Of a stretch of DNA of 32,000 nucleotides, positions 24,226 to 32,000 are shown piece by piece (position 1 is the stretch's first letter; each line of letters opens with the position of its first letter). The stretch lies in NCBI RefSeq assembly GCF_000146505.1, contig NC_017448.1, forward strand, positions 420,001 through 452,000. Reading direction: 5' to 3'. The notes under the pieces are model-generated. The model worked only from the letters and a program-made list of their open reading frames with translations, made no database searches and was not told the DNA's origin. The translations under genes were made by a program, and so were the position numbers. Source of the DNA: Fibrobacter succinogenes subsp. succinogenes S85 (GTDB lineage Bacteria > Fibrobacterota > Fibrobacteria > Fibrobacterales > Fibrobacteraceae).

Positions 24226-24810
24226 TTAGGGGTTAGGCGGGTTTTCTTTAGCACTTTTTTCCGCGTCTTTTTCTTCTTTAATTTGCTTATGCAATTTGCG
24301 TAAAATTACGGGAGACAAAATCACAAGAGCAACGCCGACAGTCACAAACGAGTCCGCCACGTTAAACGTCGGGAAACGGGTCATGATAAAATCTGGGAAA
24401 TCGCAGTCGATAAAATCCACAACCATCTGCATGCGCATACGGTCAATGAAGTTTCCGACAGCACCGCCAAGAATCATCACAACGCCCAAGCGGCTCAAAT
24501 AATCGCGCTTGTCGATAGACTTGTAGAACCATGCAAGTGCAAAAGCGGCGACAATCGAAATCAGCAAAAAGAACAGCCAAGGCGGCAAGAACGGCATCAA
24601 GTCTTGCGGACGGCTACTGAACGCAGCACCCTTGTTGTACACAAGCTGGAAGCGCACAAGTTCACCAATCACAGGAATTTTCTCGTACGTAAAATTCCCT
24701 GCTTCGTCCGTAAAACGCGCCACCGCCCACAGCTTCGTCAACTGGTCAGAAACAATGCTAAAAACAATCACCGCCACATGGAACGGCCACTTATTATAAA
24801 ACTTTTCCAT
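24226..24810 (-). CDS. lspA: Lipoprotein signal peptidase II
   Basis: Track ORF 24226..24885. The start at ATG 24810 lies 1 nt after the stop of the upstream gene. Motifs are SDQLTK, NKGAAFS, GGAVGNFIDR and FNVADSFVTVG. Confidence 0.9.
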   Translation of the reverse strand: MEKFYNKWPFHVAVIVFSIVSDQLTKLWAVARFTDEAGNFTYEKIPVIGELVRFQLVYNKGAAFSSRPQDLMPFLPPWLFFLLISIVAAFALAWFYKSIDKRDYLSRLGVVMILGGAVGNFIDRMRMQMVVDFIDCDFPDFIMTRFPTFNVADSFVTVGVALVILSPVILRKLHKQIKEEKDAEKSAKENPPNP

Positions 24811-24811
24811 A

Positions 24812-25894
24812 TTATCCTTTGATTTTCTTATAAGCTTCATCAATCCACTTGTCCGAATAGAAGTGCATCGACGTTTCCTTGACAATTCGCTTCACCGTAT
24901 CGCGCGTGATTTTCACCTTCTTGTCCGAAGTGAACACCGACACGCCATTCCCGATCAAGCTCAAGTTCTCCGCCGCCATAAAGAGCGGCCAGAGGCAGAA
25001 GAGCCTTGTGCGCATCTTGATGTTTGGGATGAGCTTCGTGTAGGCAATCGCATCGTCCAGATGATGCCAAGCCTTCTCGACAAGTTCCGAAAGCACTGCA
25101 CCGCATTTTTGTGCATCAGCCCCTGCTGCAAACAGTTCGCTCGGGTGCGCAAAGCCATGACGCTTGCAAATCTCTTCAGGGATAAAGCACACGCGGCGTC
25201 CAGAATCCTCGACGCAGTCCTTCACGATGTTCACGACCTGCAAGGCAAGCCCAAAGCTCACGTCCAGCTTCGAAAGTTCCGCCTCGCGTTCAGCATTGAT
25301 AAAGCACGTGTCCGCCGAGAATAGCTTGGTCAAGAGCTTGCCGACAATGCCTGCCACATAGTAGCAGTATTCATCGAGTTCACCCACGTTCGCAAGCGTA
25401 AACCAGCCCGCCGAAAGCGCGGCTTCCTGACGGAGTGCAAACTTCGCCATGCCACCGCACATTTCAATCACCACGTCGCAAACCGGCTTCTGGTAGTTCT
25501 TAGGAAGCGACTTCAAAAGCGGCACCACGACTTCAGACTTTGAGCAAAGATCCTTGTTCGGGTCTTCGGAGCCATGCCAAGATTCCGGGAGCGCCGCCAC
25601 AAACGTGCGGATTTTCTCGGTCTCGAGTTCACCCGTCTTGAATACATCAGCAAACAGCGCAAGCACGCGGTCTTTTTCGGTTGCCTTCATGTCCGGGTCA
25701 TCTTCGACCGTATCGGCAATGCGCAAATAAAGGTACGCAAGCAAAATACTGCGGTGCAACTTGCCACGCAAAACCTGGATGTTCAGCGCAAACGTACGCG
25801 ACACCAACTGCAGGATATCTTCGGCATACTTCCACGCCGCCTTGCCTTCGAGCACCTTCTCGCCCACATCTAAAGAATCCAATTTATCAATCAT
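24812..25894 (-). CDS. Squalene/phytoene synthase family (trans-isoprenyl diphosphate synthase, head-to-head)
   Basis: 360 aa with the first Asp-rich motif YLYLRIADTVEDD and a second, VNIVKDCVEDSGRR, in an all-helical SQS_PSY-like layout. Confidence 0.8.
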   Translation of the reverse strand: MIDKLDSLDVGEKVLEGKAAWKYAEDILQLVSRTFALNIQVLRGKLHRSILLAYLYLRIADTVEDDPDMKATEKDRVLALFADVFKTGELETEKIRTFVAALPESWHGSEDPNKDLCSKSEVVVPLLKSLPKNYQKPVCDVVIEMCGGMAKFALRQEAALSAGWFTLANVGELDEYCYYVAGIVGKLLTKLFSADTCFINAEREAELSKLDVSFGLALQVVNIVKDCVEDSGRRVCFIPEEICKRHGFAHPSELFAAGADAQKCGAVLSELVEKAWHHLDDAIAYTKLIPNIKMRTRLFCLWPLFMAAENLSLIGNGVSVFTSDKKVKITRDTVKRIVKETSMHFYSDKWIDEAYKKIKG

Positions 25895-25899
25895 ATGAG

Positions 25900-26475
25900 C
25901 TAGTACACCTCATACATTTCCGGCGGCACCTTTTTAGACGCAGCCATCGACTTTACGTACTTCCAAAAACGGCCATGATCTTCGGCATTGCGAAGCTTAT
26001 GCGCATAGCTCAACCCCGCACGGTCACGCACGTTTTCATCCGACATCGCAATACCCTTGCGCTGGATCCCATAATTCACCCAACGGTACTCCAGATAAAA
26101 AGCCGACTGGAACAAGTCCGTAAGCTTGTGTTCCGTCCTGCGCTTCATCAAATGAGCAATCCAGGCAAAAATAAGCACAGACACAAATCCATAATAGGCA
26201 TTAGCACCAAGCCCAATCTTTTGGAGAGTCCATACAATAGCCGATGCTGTAGCAAACGACGTCACTAGCGTAAACAGATAATCGCAAAAACGCAAGAAGC
26301 TCACGCGCCCCGGGTGTTTCACAAATCCGCTCAACACGTAAGCCCATTTTTCGCCCCGATCGAGCTGATTTTTCAAAAAAACGACGTACGAGACATTCCT
26401 AAACCAAAAATGGAGACCGACCCAGAGCAAAACGGGGATCCAAAAAATGTATTCCACAAGCGTATTTATTACCAT
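25900..26475 (-). CDS. Hypothetical integral membrane protein
   Basis: 191 aa with about four hydrophobic segments (IFWIPVLLWVGLHFWF, LFTLVTSFATASAIVWTL, YGFVSVLIFAWIAHL). It sits 5 nt upstream of the SQS/PSY-family gene. No family was recognised. Confidence 0.6.
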   Translation of the reverse strand: MVINTLVEYIFWIPVLLWVGLHFWFRNVSYVVFLKNQLDRGEKWAYVLSGFVKHPGRVSFLRFCDYLFTLVTSFATASAIVWTLQKIGLGANAYYGFVSVLIFAWIAHLMKRRTEHKLTDLFQSAFYLEYRWVNYGIQRKGIAMSDENVRDRAGLSYAHKLRNAEDHGRFWKYVKSMAASKKVPPEMYEVY

Positions 26476-26598
26476 CGTAGAAAAAATTAGAAAATTTGCA
26501 AAATTTCAAGGATTCTTGCCAACGCGCGGAGGCTCAAACATTGACGTTAATTTTCGTTTACAGAGAAGTAAGAAATTTTTTAGGTTTATTTCACTCCC

Positions 26599-26655
26599 AA
26601 TCTATCAACATTCCAAAGAATTAGCTAAATTTTAACGCCTAGTTGTTGATAGATT
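26599..26655. promoter_or_regulatory. Perfect 12-bp inverted repeat with DnaA-box-like cores upstream of dnaA
   Basis: AATCTATCAACA (26599..26610) and TGTTGATAGATT (26644..26655) are separated by 33 bp. The core CTATCAACA matches the DnaA box TTATCCACA at 7/9 positions. Confidence 0.5.
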
Positions 26656-26677
26656 ATTAATCGGATGAGGATTGAAG

Positions 26678-28003
26678 ATGCAGGTTGAATGGGAAAGATG
26701 CTTGAACTACCTCCACGGAATGCTGTCGGATACGGTATTCAAGACATATTTTGCACAGACCAAGCTTGTAAGCCAAACCCCAGGACACGCCGTTATCGCT
26801 GTGCCTCCCGGACTTGACGTCAAAGTCTATGCCGCTTACAAGGACCTGATCCGCCTCGCCTGGAAAGACGTTTCCCACGATGAAGCTCCGGTGGAATTTG
26901 AATTCCAGCCGCAGGACGTCTACCAGCCGCAAGTCAGCTCTTCTGACAACTCTTTCCGCGAATTTATCAAGCCGAGCGTTCCGCTTTCTGGCAGCTTCCG
27001 TTTCGAAAACTTCGTCCCGGGTGACAAGGCCCAGCTCGCCTTCAACGCCGCCCTCGCTGTCGCCAGGAATCCGGATGGAACGCAGTACAACCCGCTATTT
27101 ATTTATGGTTCTTCCGGTCTTGGCAAGACGCACTTGCTCCAGTCCATCGGTAACTACATTCTCGAAGAAGACCCGACCAAGCGTGTGATTTACCTCACGT
27201 CCGAAGACTTCTCGCAGCAGTACATGAAGTGCTTGCAAGAAAAGCGCATCACCGAAATGTCGGACTTCTACCGCAACGAAGTGGACATTCTCTTGATCGA
27301 TGACATCCAGAACTGGACGGGCAAGTACGAAACGCAAAACGAATTTTTCTTGATCTTTAACGCACTGCACCAGGCAGGCAAGCAGATCGTGCTTACGTCT
27401 GATGCTCCCGCTGCCGAAGTCAAGAACCTCTCCGACCGCCTTGTGAGCCGATTCTCCTGGGGCTTAACAGTTGACATCCAGCCGCCTGACGTCGAAACGC
27501 GCGAAGCCATTCTCCACAAGAAGGCCGAAGAACGCCACCTCGAAATCAGCGACGAAGTCATCCGTTACCTTGCTGAAAATATTGCAAGCAACGTGCGTTG
27601 TCTCGAAAGCGCCATCATCAAGCTCACGCTCCAGTCGAGCCTTATGAGCCACGACATCGACATGAACATCGCACAGAAAGTCGTCACCGAAATCGCCCCG
27701 ACACTCCGTCGCCGCGTAAGCCTTGACGCCGTGCTCCATGCCGTATCGCAGCACTACGAAGTTCCCGAAACCAAGCTCATCGAACCGGGCCGCGGCACCA
27801 AAGAAATCTCGAAGGCTCGCCAGGTCGCCATGTTCCTCATGCGCGAACTCTCCCCCATCAGCTTGCAGAGCATCGGCTCCCGTTTTGGCGGCAAGGACCA
27901 CTCCACCGTCGTGCACGCCATCAAGAGCGTCAAGAAAGAGATGGAAACCGACCCGAGCTTTGCCCGCTTGATCGAAAGCCTCAAGAACACCATTCACGAT
28001 TAA
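26678..28003 (+). CDS. dnaA: Chromosomal replication initiator protein DnaA
   Basis: The track ORF starts at TTG 26672. ATG 26678 has GAGGA 6 nt upstream. Motifs are Walker A GSSGLGKTHLLQSIGN, Walker B LLIDDIQ, and the C-terminal DNA-binding signature ARQVAMFLMRELSPISLQSIGSRFGGKDHSTVVHA. Confidence 0.95.
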   Translation: MQVEWERCLNYLHGMLSDTVFKTYFAQTKLVSQTPGHAVIAVPPGLDVKVYAAYKDLIRLAWKDVSHDEAPVEFEFQPQDVYQPQVSSSDNSFREFIKPSVPLSGSFRFENFVPGDKAQLAFNAALAVARNPDGTQYNPLFIYGSSGLGKTHLLQSIGNYILEEDPTKRVIYLTSEDFSQQYMKCLQEKRITEMSDFYRNEVDILLIDDIQNWTGKYETQNEFFLIFNALHQAGKQIVLTSDAPAAEVKNLSDRLVSRFSWGLTVDIQPPDVETREAILHKKAEERHLEISDEVIRYLAENIASNVRCLESAIIKLTLQSSLMSHDIDMNIAQKVVTEIAPTLRRRVSLDAVLHAVSQHYEVPETKLIEPGRGTKEISKARQVAMFLMRELSPISLQSIGSRFGGKDHSTVVHAIKSVKKEMETDPSFARLIESLKNTIHD

Positions 28004-28029
28004 ATCGTTAGAAGGCATCTCCTTTATAC

Positions 28030-28064
28030 AAAAAGCCTCGGGTTTAACCCGAGGCAATTTTGTT
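28030..28064. terminator. Bidirectional rho-independent terminator between dnaA and ddh
   Basis: AAAAAGCCTCGGG-tttaa-CCCGAGGCAATTTTGTT: an 8-bp GC-rich stem. The minus strand reads GCCTCGGGttaaaCCCGAGGCTTTTTGT. Confidence 0.7.
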
Positions 28065-28127
28065 GCATTGTCCCCCCGAACACTGTTCCGGGGGCGGAAA
28101 AAACTTTACTCCGTAAGCCGTAGGCGA

Positions 28128-29111
28128 CTACAAGCAGTGAGCGCGGAGGTCTTCGTCGCTAAGCGTGCTGAGGTATGCAGGCGGAACGTCGAGAACAGTC
28201 TTGCAACCAGTCTGGCCGTTAGCCTTCATGCGGAGAGCAGCGCGAGCGTAAGCCACGAGAACGCTCGTCGTGAATTCCGGGTTGGAATCAAGCTTGAGGC
28301 TGTATTCGATCACGTGCGTGTGTTCCTTGTTCATGCCGGTCTTGCCAGTACGGATCACGAAACCACCGTGAGCGAGGCCGCTGTGGTTCTTGTTGAATTC
28401 TTCTTCGCTGATGAAGTTGACGGTAGTGTCGTATTCATCGAAGTAGTTCGGCATCGTCTTGATGGCGTTTTCGATGTATGCCTTGTCAGCACCTTCTTCA
28501 GCAACCACGTAAACGAGACGAGTGTGCTTCTGGCGAGTGGTGAGTTCCGGCATGGAACCGCTACGCACGGCTTCGAGAGCAGATTCCACCGGGCAGGTGT
28601 ACTGTTTGGCGTTCTTCACACCCTTGATGCGGCGGACTGCGTCGCTGTGGCCCTGAGAAACACCCTTGCCCCAGAACGTGTAGTCCTTGCCTTCCGGAAG
28701 GATGGACTGAGCATACACGCGGTTCAAGCTGAACATACCCGGGTCCCAACCGACAGAGATCATAGCAATCTTGTTTGCGCCCTTGGCAGCAGCGTCAACA
28801 GCAGCGAAGTGCTGCGGGATCTTGGCGTGCGTGTCGAAGGAGTCGATTACGTTGAACATAGAAGCATACTTCGGGGTGAGCACCGGCAGGTCCGTAGCAG
28901 AGCCACCGCAAATGATGAGCACGTCCACCTTGTCCTTCCATGCTTCCATTTCAGAAACGTTCAACACCGGAACGCCAGCCGTCTGGATCTTCACCGTCAG
29001 CGGATCGCGACGAGTGAAAACAGCGACGAGTTCCATATCCGGAGCCTGCTTCACAGCGCATTCCACACCGCGACCGAGGTTACCGTAACCGAGAATAGCA
29101 ATCTTTGCCAT
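28128..29111 (-). CDS. ddh: meso-diaminopimelate D-dehydrogenase
   Basis: The track ORF 28128..29234 N-terminus runs through a heptad repeat. ATG 29111 gives a 327-aa protein starting MAKIAILGYGNLGRGVECAVKQAPDMELVAVFTRRDP, the typical Ddh N-terminal Rossmann motif and length. Confidence 0.9.
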   Translation of the reverse strand: MAKIAILGYGNLGRGVECAVKQAPDMELVAVFTRRDPLTVKIQTAGVPVLNVSEMEAWKDKVDVLIICGGSATDLPVLTPKYASMFNVIDSFDTHAKIPQHFAAVDAAAKGANKIAMISVGWDPGMFSLNRVYAQSILPEGKDYTFWGKGVSQGHSDAVRRIKGVKNAKQYTCPVESALEAVRSGSMPELTTRQKHTRLVYVVAEEGADKAYIENAIKTMPNYFDEYDTTVNFISEEEFNKNHSGLAHGGFVIRTGKTGMNKEHTHVIEYSLKLDSNPEFTTSVLVAYARAALRMKANGQTGCKTVLDVPPAYLSTLSDEDLRAHCL

Positions 29112-29156
29112 AAGATAATCCTTGTTAAAAATTTTTGCGTGGAAAATATAGGAATT

Positions 29157-29187
29157 AGACGAAAGACGAGAGACGAAAGACGAGAGA
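29157..29187 (+). repeat. Heptad array AGACGAA-AGACGAG-AGACGAA-AGACGAG-AGA
   Basis: Read directly from the sequence. It lies in the ddh/LolA-like divergent intergenic region, 46-76 nt upstream of the ddh start, where it reads pyrimidine-rich in the ddh sense. Confidence 0.85.
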
Positions 29188-29370
29188 ATTTCATGTAAAA
29201 TTAGTAGGTATGAAAAACGTGCTCTAGAACACACAAAACACCCCTATAATACAATTCGGACTATAATTTTACAGAAATTGTTACTAGAACGAGCAAAATG
29301 ATATATTTTTCTTACAAAGAGTCAAGGCGATTTTCATAAACCGCCTTTAAATTTTTTGAAGGAGAAAAAT

Positions 29371-30159
29371 ATGAAAAATCATTTCTTGAGCGCTCTTAGC
29401 GCAGGTTTTCTGCTTTTCACAACTTGTTTCGCGCAGTCCGCGAATGAAATCGCCAAAAAAGTCCACGACTTACCTTCCGGGAAAACATCTTCCGGACTTG
29501 TTTCTGTAACTTTGATTGATAAAAACGGCAAGACCCGCAACCGCGAATTAGTCTCTTACACCATGAAAGACGGCTCAACCGACAAGACTGTTCTCATGTT
29601 CAAAACTCCGCGTGATGTAGCAGGCATCAGCTACCTCACCTACGACTATCCCGACAAAGCCGACGGTTCCACAGTCGATAGCGACAGCTGGATTTATATC
29701 CCAGCCATGAAAAAGGTACGCCGCGTTTCTGGCTCCAACAAGGACGACGATTTCCAGGGAACCGACTTCACTTACGACGATCTCGGCACCCGCAGCCTCT
29801 CCAAGGACAACTTTGCCCTCCTTGGCGAAGAAAAAGTGAACGGCATCGACTGCTGGATTTTGGAAGCCAAGGCCAAAGACCCGAAGGCTAAAGTCAGCCG
29901 CCGAGTCACATGGGTGAACAAGAAGACCTTCGTCGTCCAGAAAGGCGAATACTACGACAAGCAGAACCGCCTGCAAAAAACGCTTACCGCAGACGATATC
30001 AAACAGGTGAACGGCTACTGGACCACGCTCAAGCAGACAATGACTAACGTCCAGACAAACCACAAGACCATCTACGAAGTCAAGAACCTCAAATACGATG
30101 AAAAGGTCAACGAGAGCTACTTCACTGTAAGCGCTCTTGAACGTGAACAGATTAAGTAG
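29371..30159 (+). CDS. LolA-like outer-membrane lipoprotein-sorting family protein
   Basis: The track ORF starts at TTG 29356. ATG 29371 has AAGGAG 7 nt upstream. It has a signal peptide MKNHFLSALSAGFLLFTTCFA and the family-typical block WIYIPAMKKVRRVSGSNKDDDFQGTDFTYDDL. Confidence 0.75.
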   Translation: MKNHFLSALSAGFLLFTTCFAQSANEIAKKVHDLPSGKTSSGLVSVTLIDKNGKTRNRELVSYTMKDGSTDKTVLMFKTPRDVAGISYLTYDYPDKADGSTVDSDSWIYIPAMKKVRRVSGSNKDDDFQGTDFTYDDLGTRSLSKDNFALLGEEKVNGIDCWILEAKAKDPKAKVSRRVTWVNKKTFVVQKGEYYDKQNRLQKTLTADDIKQVNGYWTTLKQTMTNVQTNHKTIYEVKNLKYDEKVNESYFTVSALEREQIK

Positions 30160-30179
30160 ATAGAAAAGGACAGCAAAAT

Positions 30180-32000
30180 ATGAAAGTCGAAAAATTCAAC
30201 AAATTTTTCGGCAAGATCGGACAGGCGCAAATTCGCAACCGCTGGAAGATTCTTGCCGGATTGCTTATTGTCACGGTCATTTGCTGTTTAGGCTTGAGCA
30301 ATTTTTCGCTAGCGCTTGGCGAAGAAGGCTGGTTCGGCAACTCCGATGAAATAACCATCAACACTAAGAAATATGAAGAAACCTTCGGAAACCTGAACGG
30401 GATTGGCGTCCTTGTCGTAAAGCAAGGCGAAGGCGATGTCTTTAGCGAAGACATGCTGAAGGTCATCGAAAAAATCGGCAACCGCATGCGTGATGAAATT
30501 CCGTTTGCAGACCGATTGACCTCCATCGTCGAAGTCGATATTCCAGTCGGCAATGACGAAGGATTTTCGATTGTAAAGCCCTATGAAAACGGCATTCCTT
30601 CGGATTCCGAAGGGCTTGCCAAAGCGCGTGCTCTCGTGATGCGCGGGAGCGAAAAGACGAACGCACTCATCAATTCGCTTGTCAGCGATGATGGCAAAGA
30701 AACGTGGATTTCCCTTTCACTCCATCCATTCACAGGAAAAGAGCTCGAAGAAAAGTACGGTGGGGACAACACCGAAGTTTCAACAGACATCGGCTACAAG
30801 CTGATGAACATCATCGAAAGCGAAGAATTCCAGAACAAAGGATTCAAGCTTTACGGTGGTGGTATGCCATACGACAGCGCCAACGAAGACCGTTACGAAG
30901 TTCCCGAATACGGTGTAAGAGTCCTCTGCAGCATTGTCGTGATGCTCTTGTTCTTGGCAATTTGCCTGCGCAACGTCTTTGGCGTGATTGTTCCAGCAGT
31001 GGCAACAATCAGCGCTATCGCCACAGTTTTTGGAGCGATGTCGTTTTTTGGAGAAAAAGCAGACTCCGCTCTTGTGACTTTACCGGTTGTCCTTGGCATG
31101 GCACTTGCCGTCGGCTATTCCGTACACTACATCAAGATGTTCAAGTTGCATTTTAGACGCACGGGCAAGCGCAAGGAATCTGCCATCAAGTGCGTCGAGG
31201 AATGTGGATGGCCAGTACTGTTCACGGTTCTTACGACCATGGCATCATTTATCAGCTTCCTGTTCGTGAACATGAAGCCCCTAGAATGGATGGGTAAGAC
31301 ATCCGCGTTTATCGTGCTCGCGATTTACATCTACGTTACCGTGCTCATCCCGATTCTGCTCTCGTTCGGCAAGGACCGCGCGCCCAGAGCTACTCAAGTG
31401 AACGGAGCTACAAAACTGGATCTCTCTTTTTCGAGATGGTCTAAGTTTGTCCACGACAGAAAGAAATCGTTCATTGTCATTAGCGCATTGGTTATCGCCG
31501 CATTCATTCCAGGGATGTTCAAAATCACGGCACAGCTCGATTACCTGACCATCACGGGCGACAAAATGCCATACATTCAAGAAGTCAAAAAAATGTTGGC
31601 ACAAAAACTCGGCAATCAGTACAGCTACACAGTCATGATTTCTTATGATGAAGAAGGTGCATTCAAGAAGCCCGAAAACATGAAAGCGCTCGTGCAGCTC
31701 GAAGATTATCTCGGCACGCTCTCGCTCACCAAATGGTCGGGCGGAAAGGCCCGCATTACCTCGGCGACAAGCATCCTGAAAGAAATGAACCGCGCCCTCA
31801 ACGAGGGCAAGGATTCAATGTACACCGTCCCTGAAGACGAATACGTACTTGCACAGCTGATGGAACTTTCTTCTATCGAAATGCACAACGACTTCAGCGA
31901 TGTCATGGATGACGATTTTAAGACAACCGTTGTCAGCGTGGACATGACGCAGTTCGCCACAGAAGAAGCGCTTGCCAACATGGACGCTTTGAAGGCAAAA
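30180..32000 (+). CDS. MMPL/RND-superfamily membrane transporter (5' part, runs off the window)
   Basis: It is not in the supplied track because no stop occurs in the window. My hand translation from ATG 30180 is open for 607 codons to position 32000: MKVEKFNKFFGKIGQAQIRNRWKILAGLLIVTVICCLGL..., a large loop, then a TM cluster VLCSIVVMLLFLAICLRNVFGVIVPAVATISAIATVFGAMSFFG, LPVVLGMALAVGYSVHYI, WPVLFTVLTTMASFISFLF. It lies 20 nt after the LolA-like gene. Confidence 0.8.
   Translation, partial: MKVEKFNKFFGKIGQAQIRNRWKILAGLLIVTVICCLGLSNFSLALGEEGWFGNSDEITINTKKYEETFGNLNGIGVLVVKQGEGDVFSEDMLKVIEKIGNRMRDEIPFADRLTSIVEVDIPVGNDEGFSIVKPYENGIPSDSEGLAKARALVMRGSEKTNALINSLVSDDGKETWISLSLHPFTGKELEEKYGGDNTEVSTDIGYKLMNIIESEEFQNKGFKLYGGGMPYDSANEDRYEVPEYGVRVLCSIVVMLLFLAICLRNVFGVIVPAVATISAIATVFGAMSFFGEKADSALVTLPVVLGMALAVGYSVHYIKMFKLHFRRTGKRKESAIKCVEECGWPVLFTVLTTMASFISFLFVNMKPLEWMGKTSAFIVLAIYIYVTVLIPILLSFGKDRAPRATQVNGATKLDLSFSRWSKFVHDRKKSFIVISALVIAAFIPGMFKITAQLDYLTITGDKMPYIQEVKKMLAQKLGNQYSYTVMISYDEEGAFKKPENMKALVQLEDYLGTLSLTKWSGGKARITSATSILKEMNRALNEGKDSMYTVPEDEYVLAQLMELSSIEMHNDFSDVMDDDFKTTVVSVDMTQFATEEALANMDALKAK

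Noticed and set aside
26450-26458. A DnaA-box-like TATTCCACA (7/9 match), and ACATCCACA at 19990..19998.
   Set aside because: These are single degenerate matches, one of them inside a coding region, and such matches are expected by chance. They are not sufficient to call oriC.
28072-28095. A GC-rich hairpin CCCCCGAACACTGTTCCGGGGG between dnaA and ddh, considered as a second terminator.
   Set aside because: It is followed by an A-run on the + strand, and on the minus strand the T-run precedes rather than follows the stem. It therefore fits neither orientation as an intrinsic terminator. The adjacent hairpin at 28030..28064 accounts for termination.
29112-29234. The N-terminal extension of the ddh ORF (MCSRARFSYLLILHEILSSFVSRLSS...).
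   Set aside because: It runs through the (AGACGAR)4 repeat. The canonical Ddh N-terminus MAKIAILGYGNLGRG starts at ATG 29111 and gives the expected ~327 aa.

Overview
This 32-kb chromosomal window carries about 25 protein genes and three identical tRNA-Lys(CUU) genes. It includes dnaA, so it probably lies in the origin-proximal region. The gene content (MetX-MetW fusion, meso-DAP dehydrogenase, a large multi-module glycoside hydrolase, a Ser/Cys-rich lipoprotein, a LolA-like + MMPL pair) resembles a Fibrobacter-type Gram-negative genome, but that is inference from memory, not a search result. Recognisable housekeeping genes are glgB, xerD, a DsbA-like oxidoreductase, metX-metW (fused), yicC, mtaD, a MurC-like ligase, rluD, lspA, a squalene/phytoene-synthase-family gene, dnaA and ddh.

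The best candidate for an undescribed system is a translationally coupled two-gene envelope cassette present in two diverged copies. Gene A encodes about 400 aa and gene B about 530 aa. Each has a signal peptide, a soluble N-terminal domain and a beta-barrel-like C-terminal third. Copy 1 is 3219..6000, followed 2 nt later by a small beta-barrel OMP gene. Copy 2 is 9786..12646. Between the copies lie xerD, a Cys-rich repeat lipoprotein gene and the tRNA-Lys array. I recognise no family for A or B.

The second unusual signal is a dispersed family of heptad-periodic purine-rich elements, (AGACGAR)n and a related (AGTNGRA)n. They sit in intergenic regions or at gene ends, often as inverted arms around GAA/GNRA-capped mini-hairpins. 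They flank glgB, form the 3' end of metXW and the ribosome-binding site of yicC, and lie upstream of ddh and metXW.

No CRISPR array, transposase, phage genes or known defence genes were seen.
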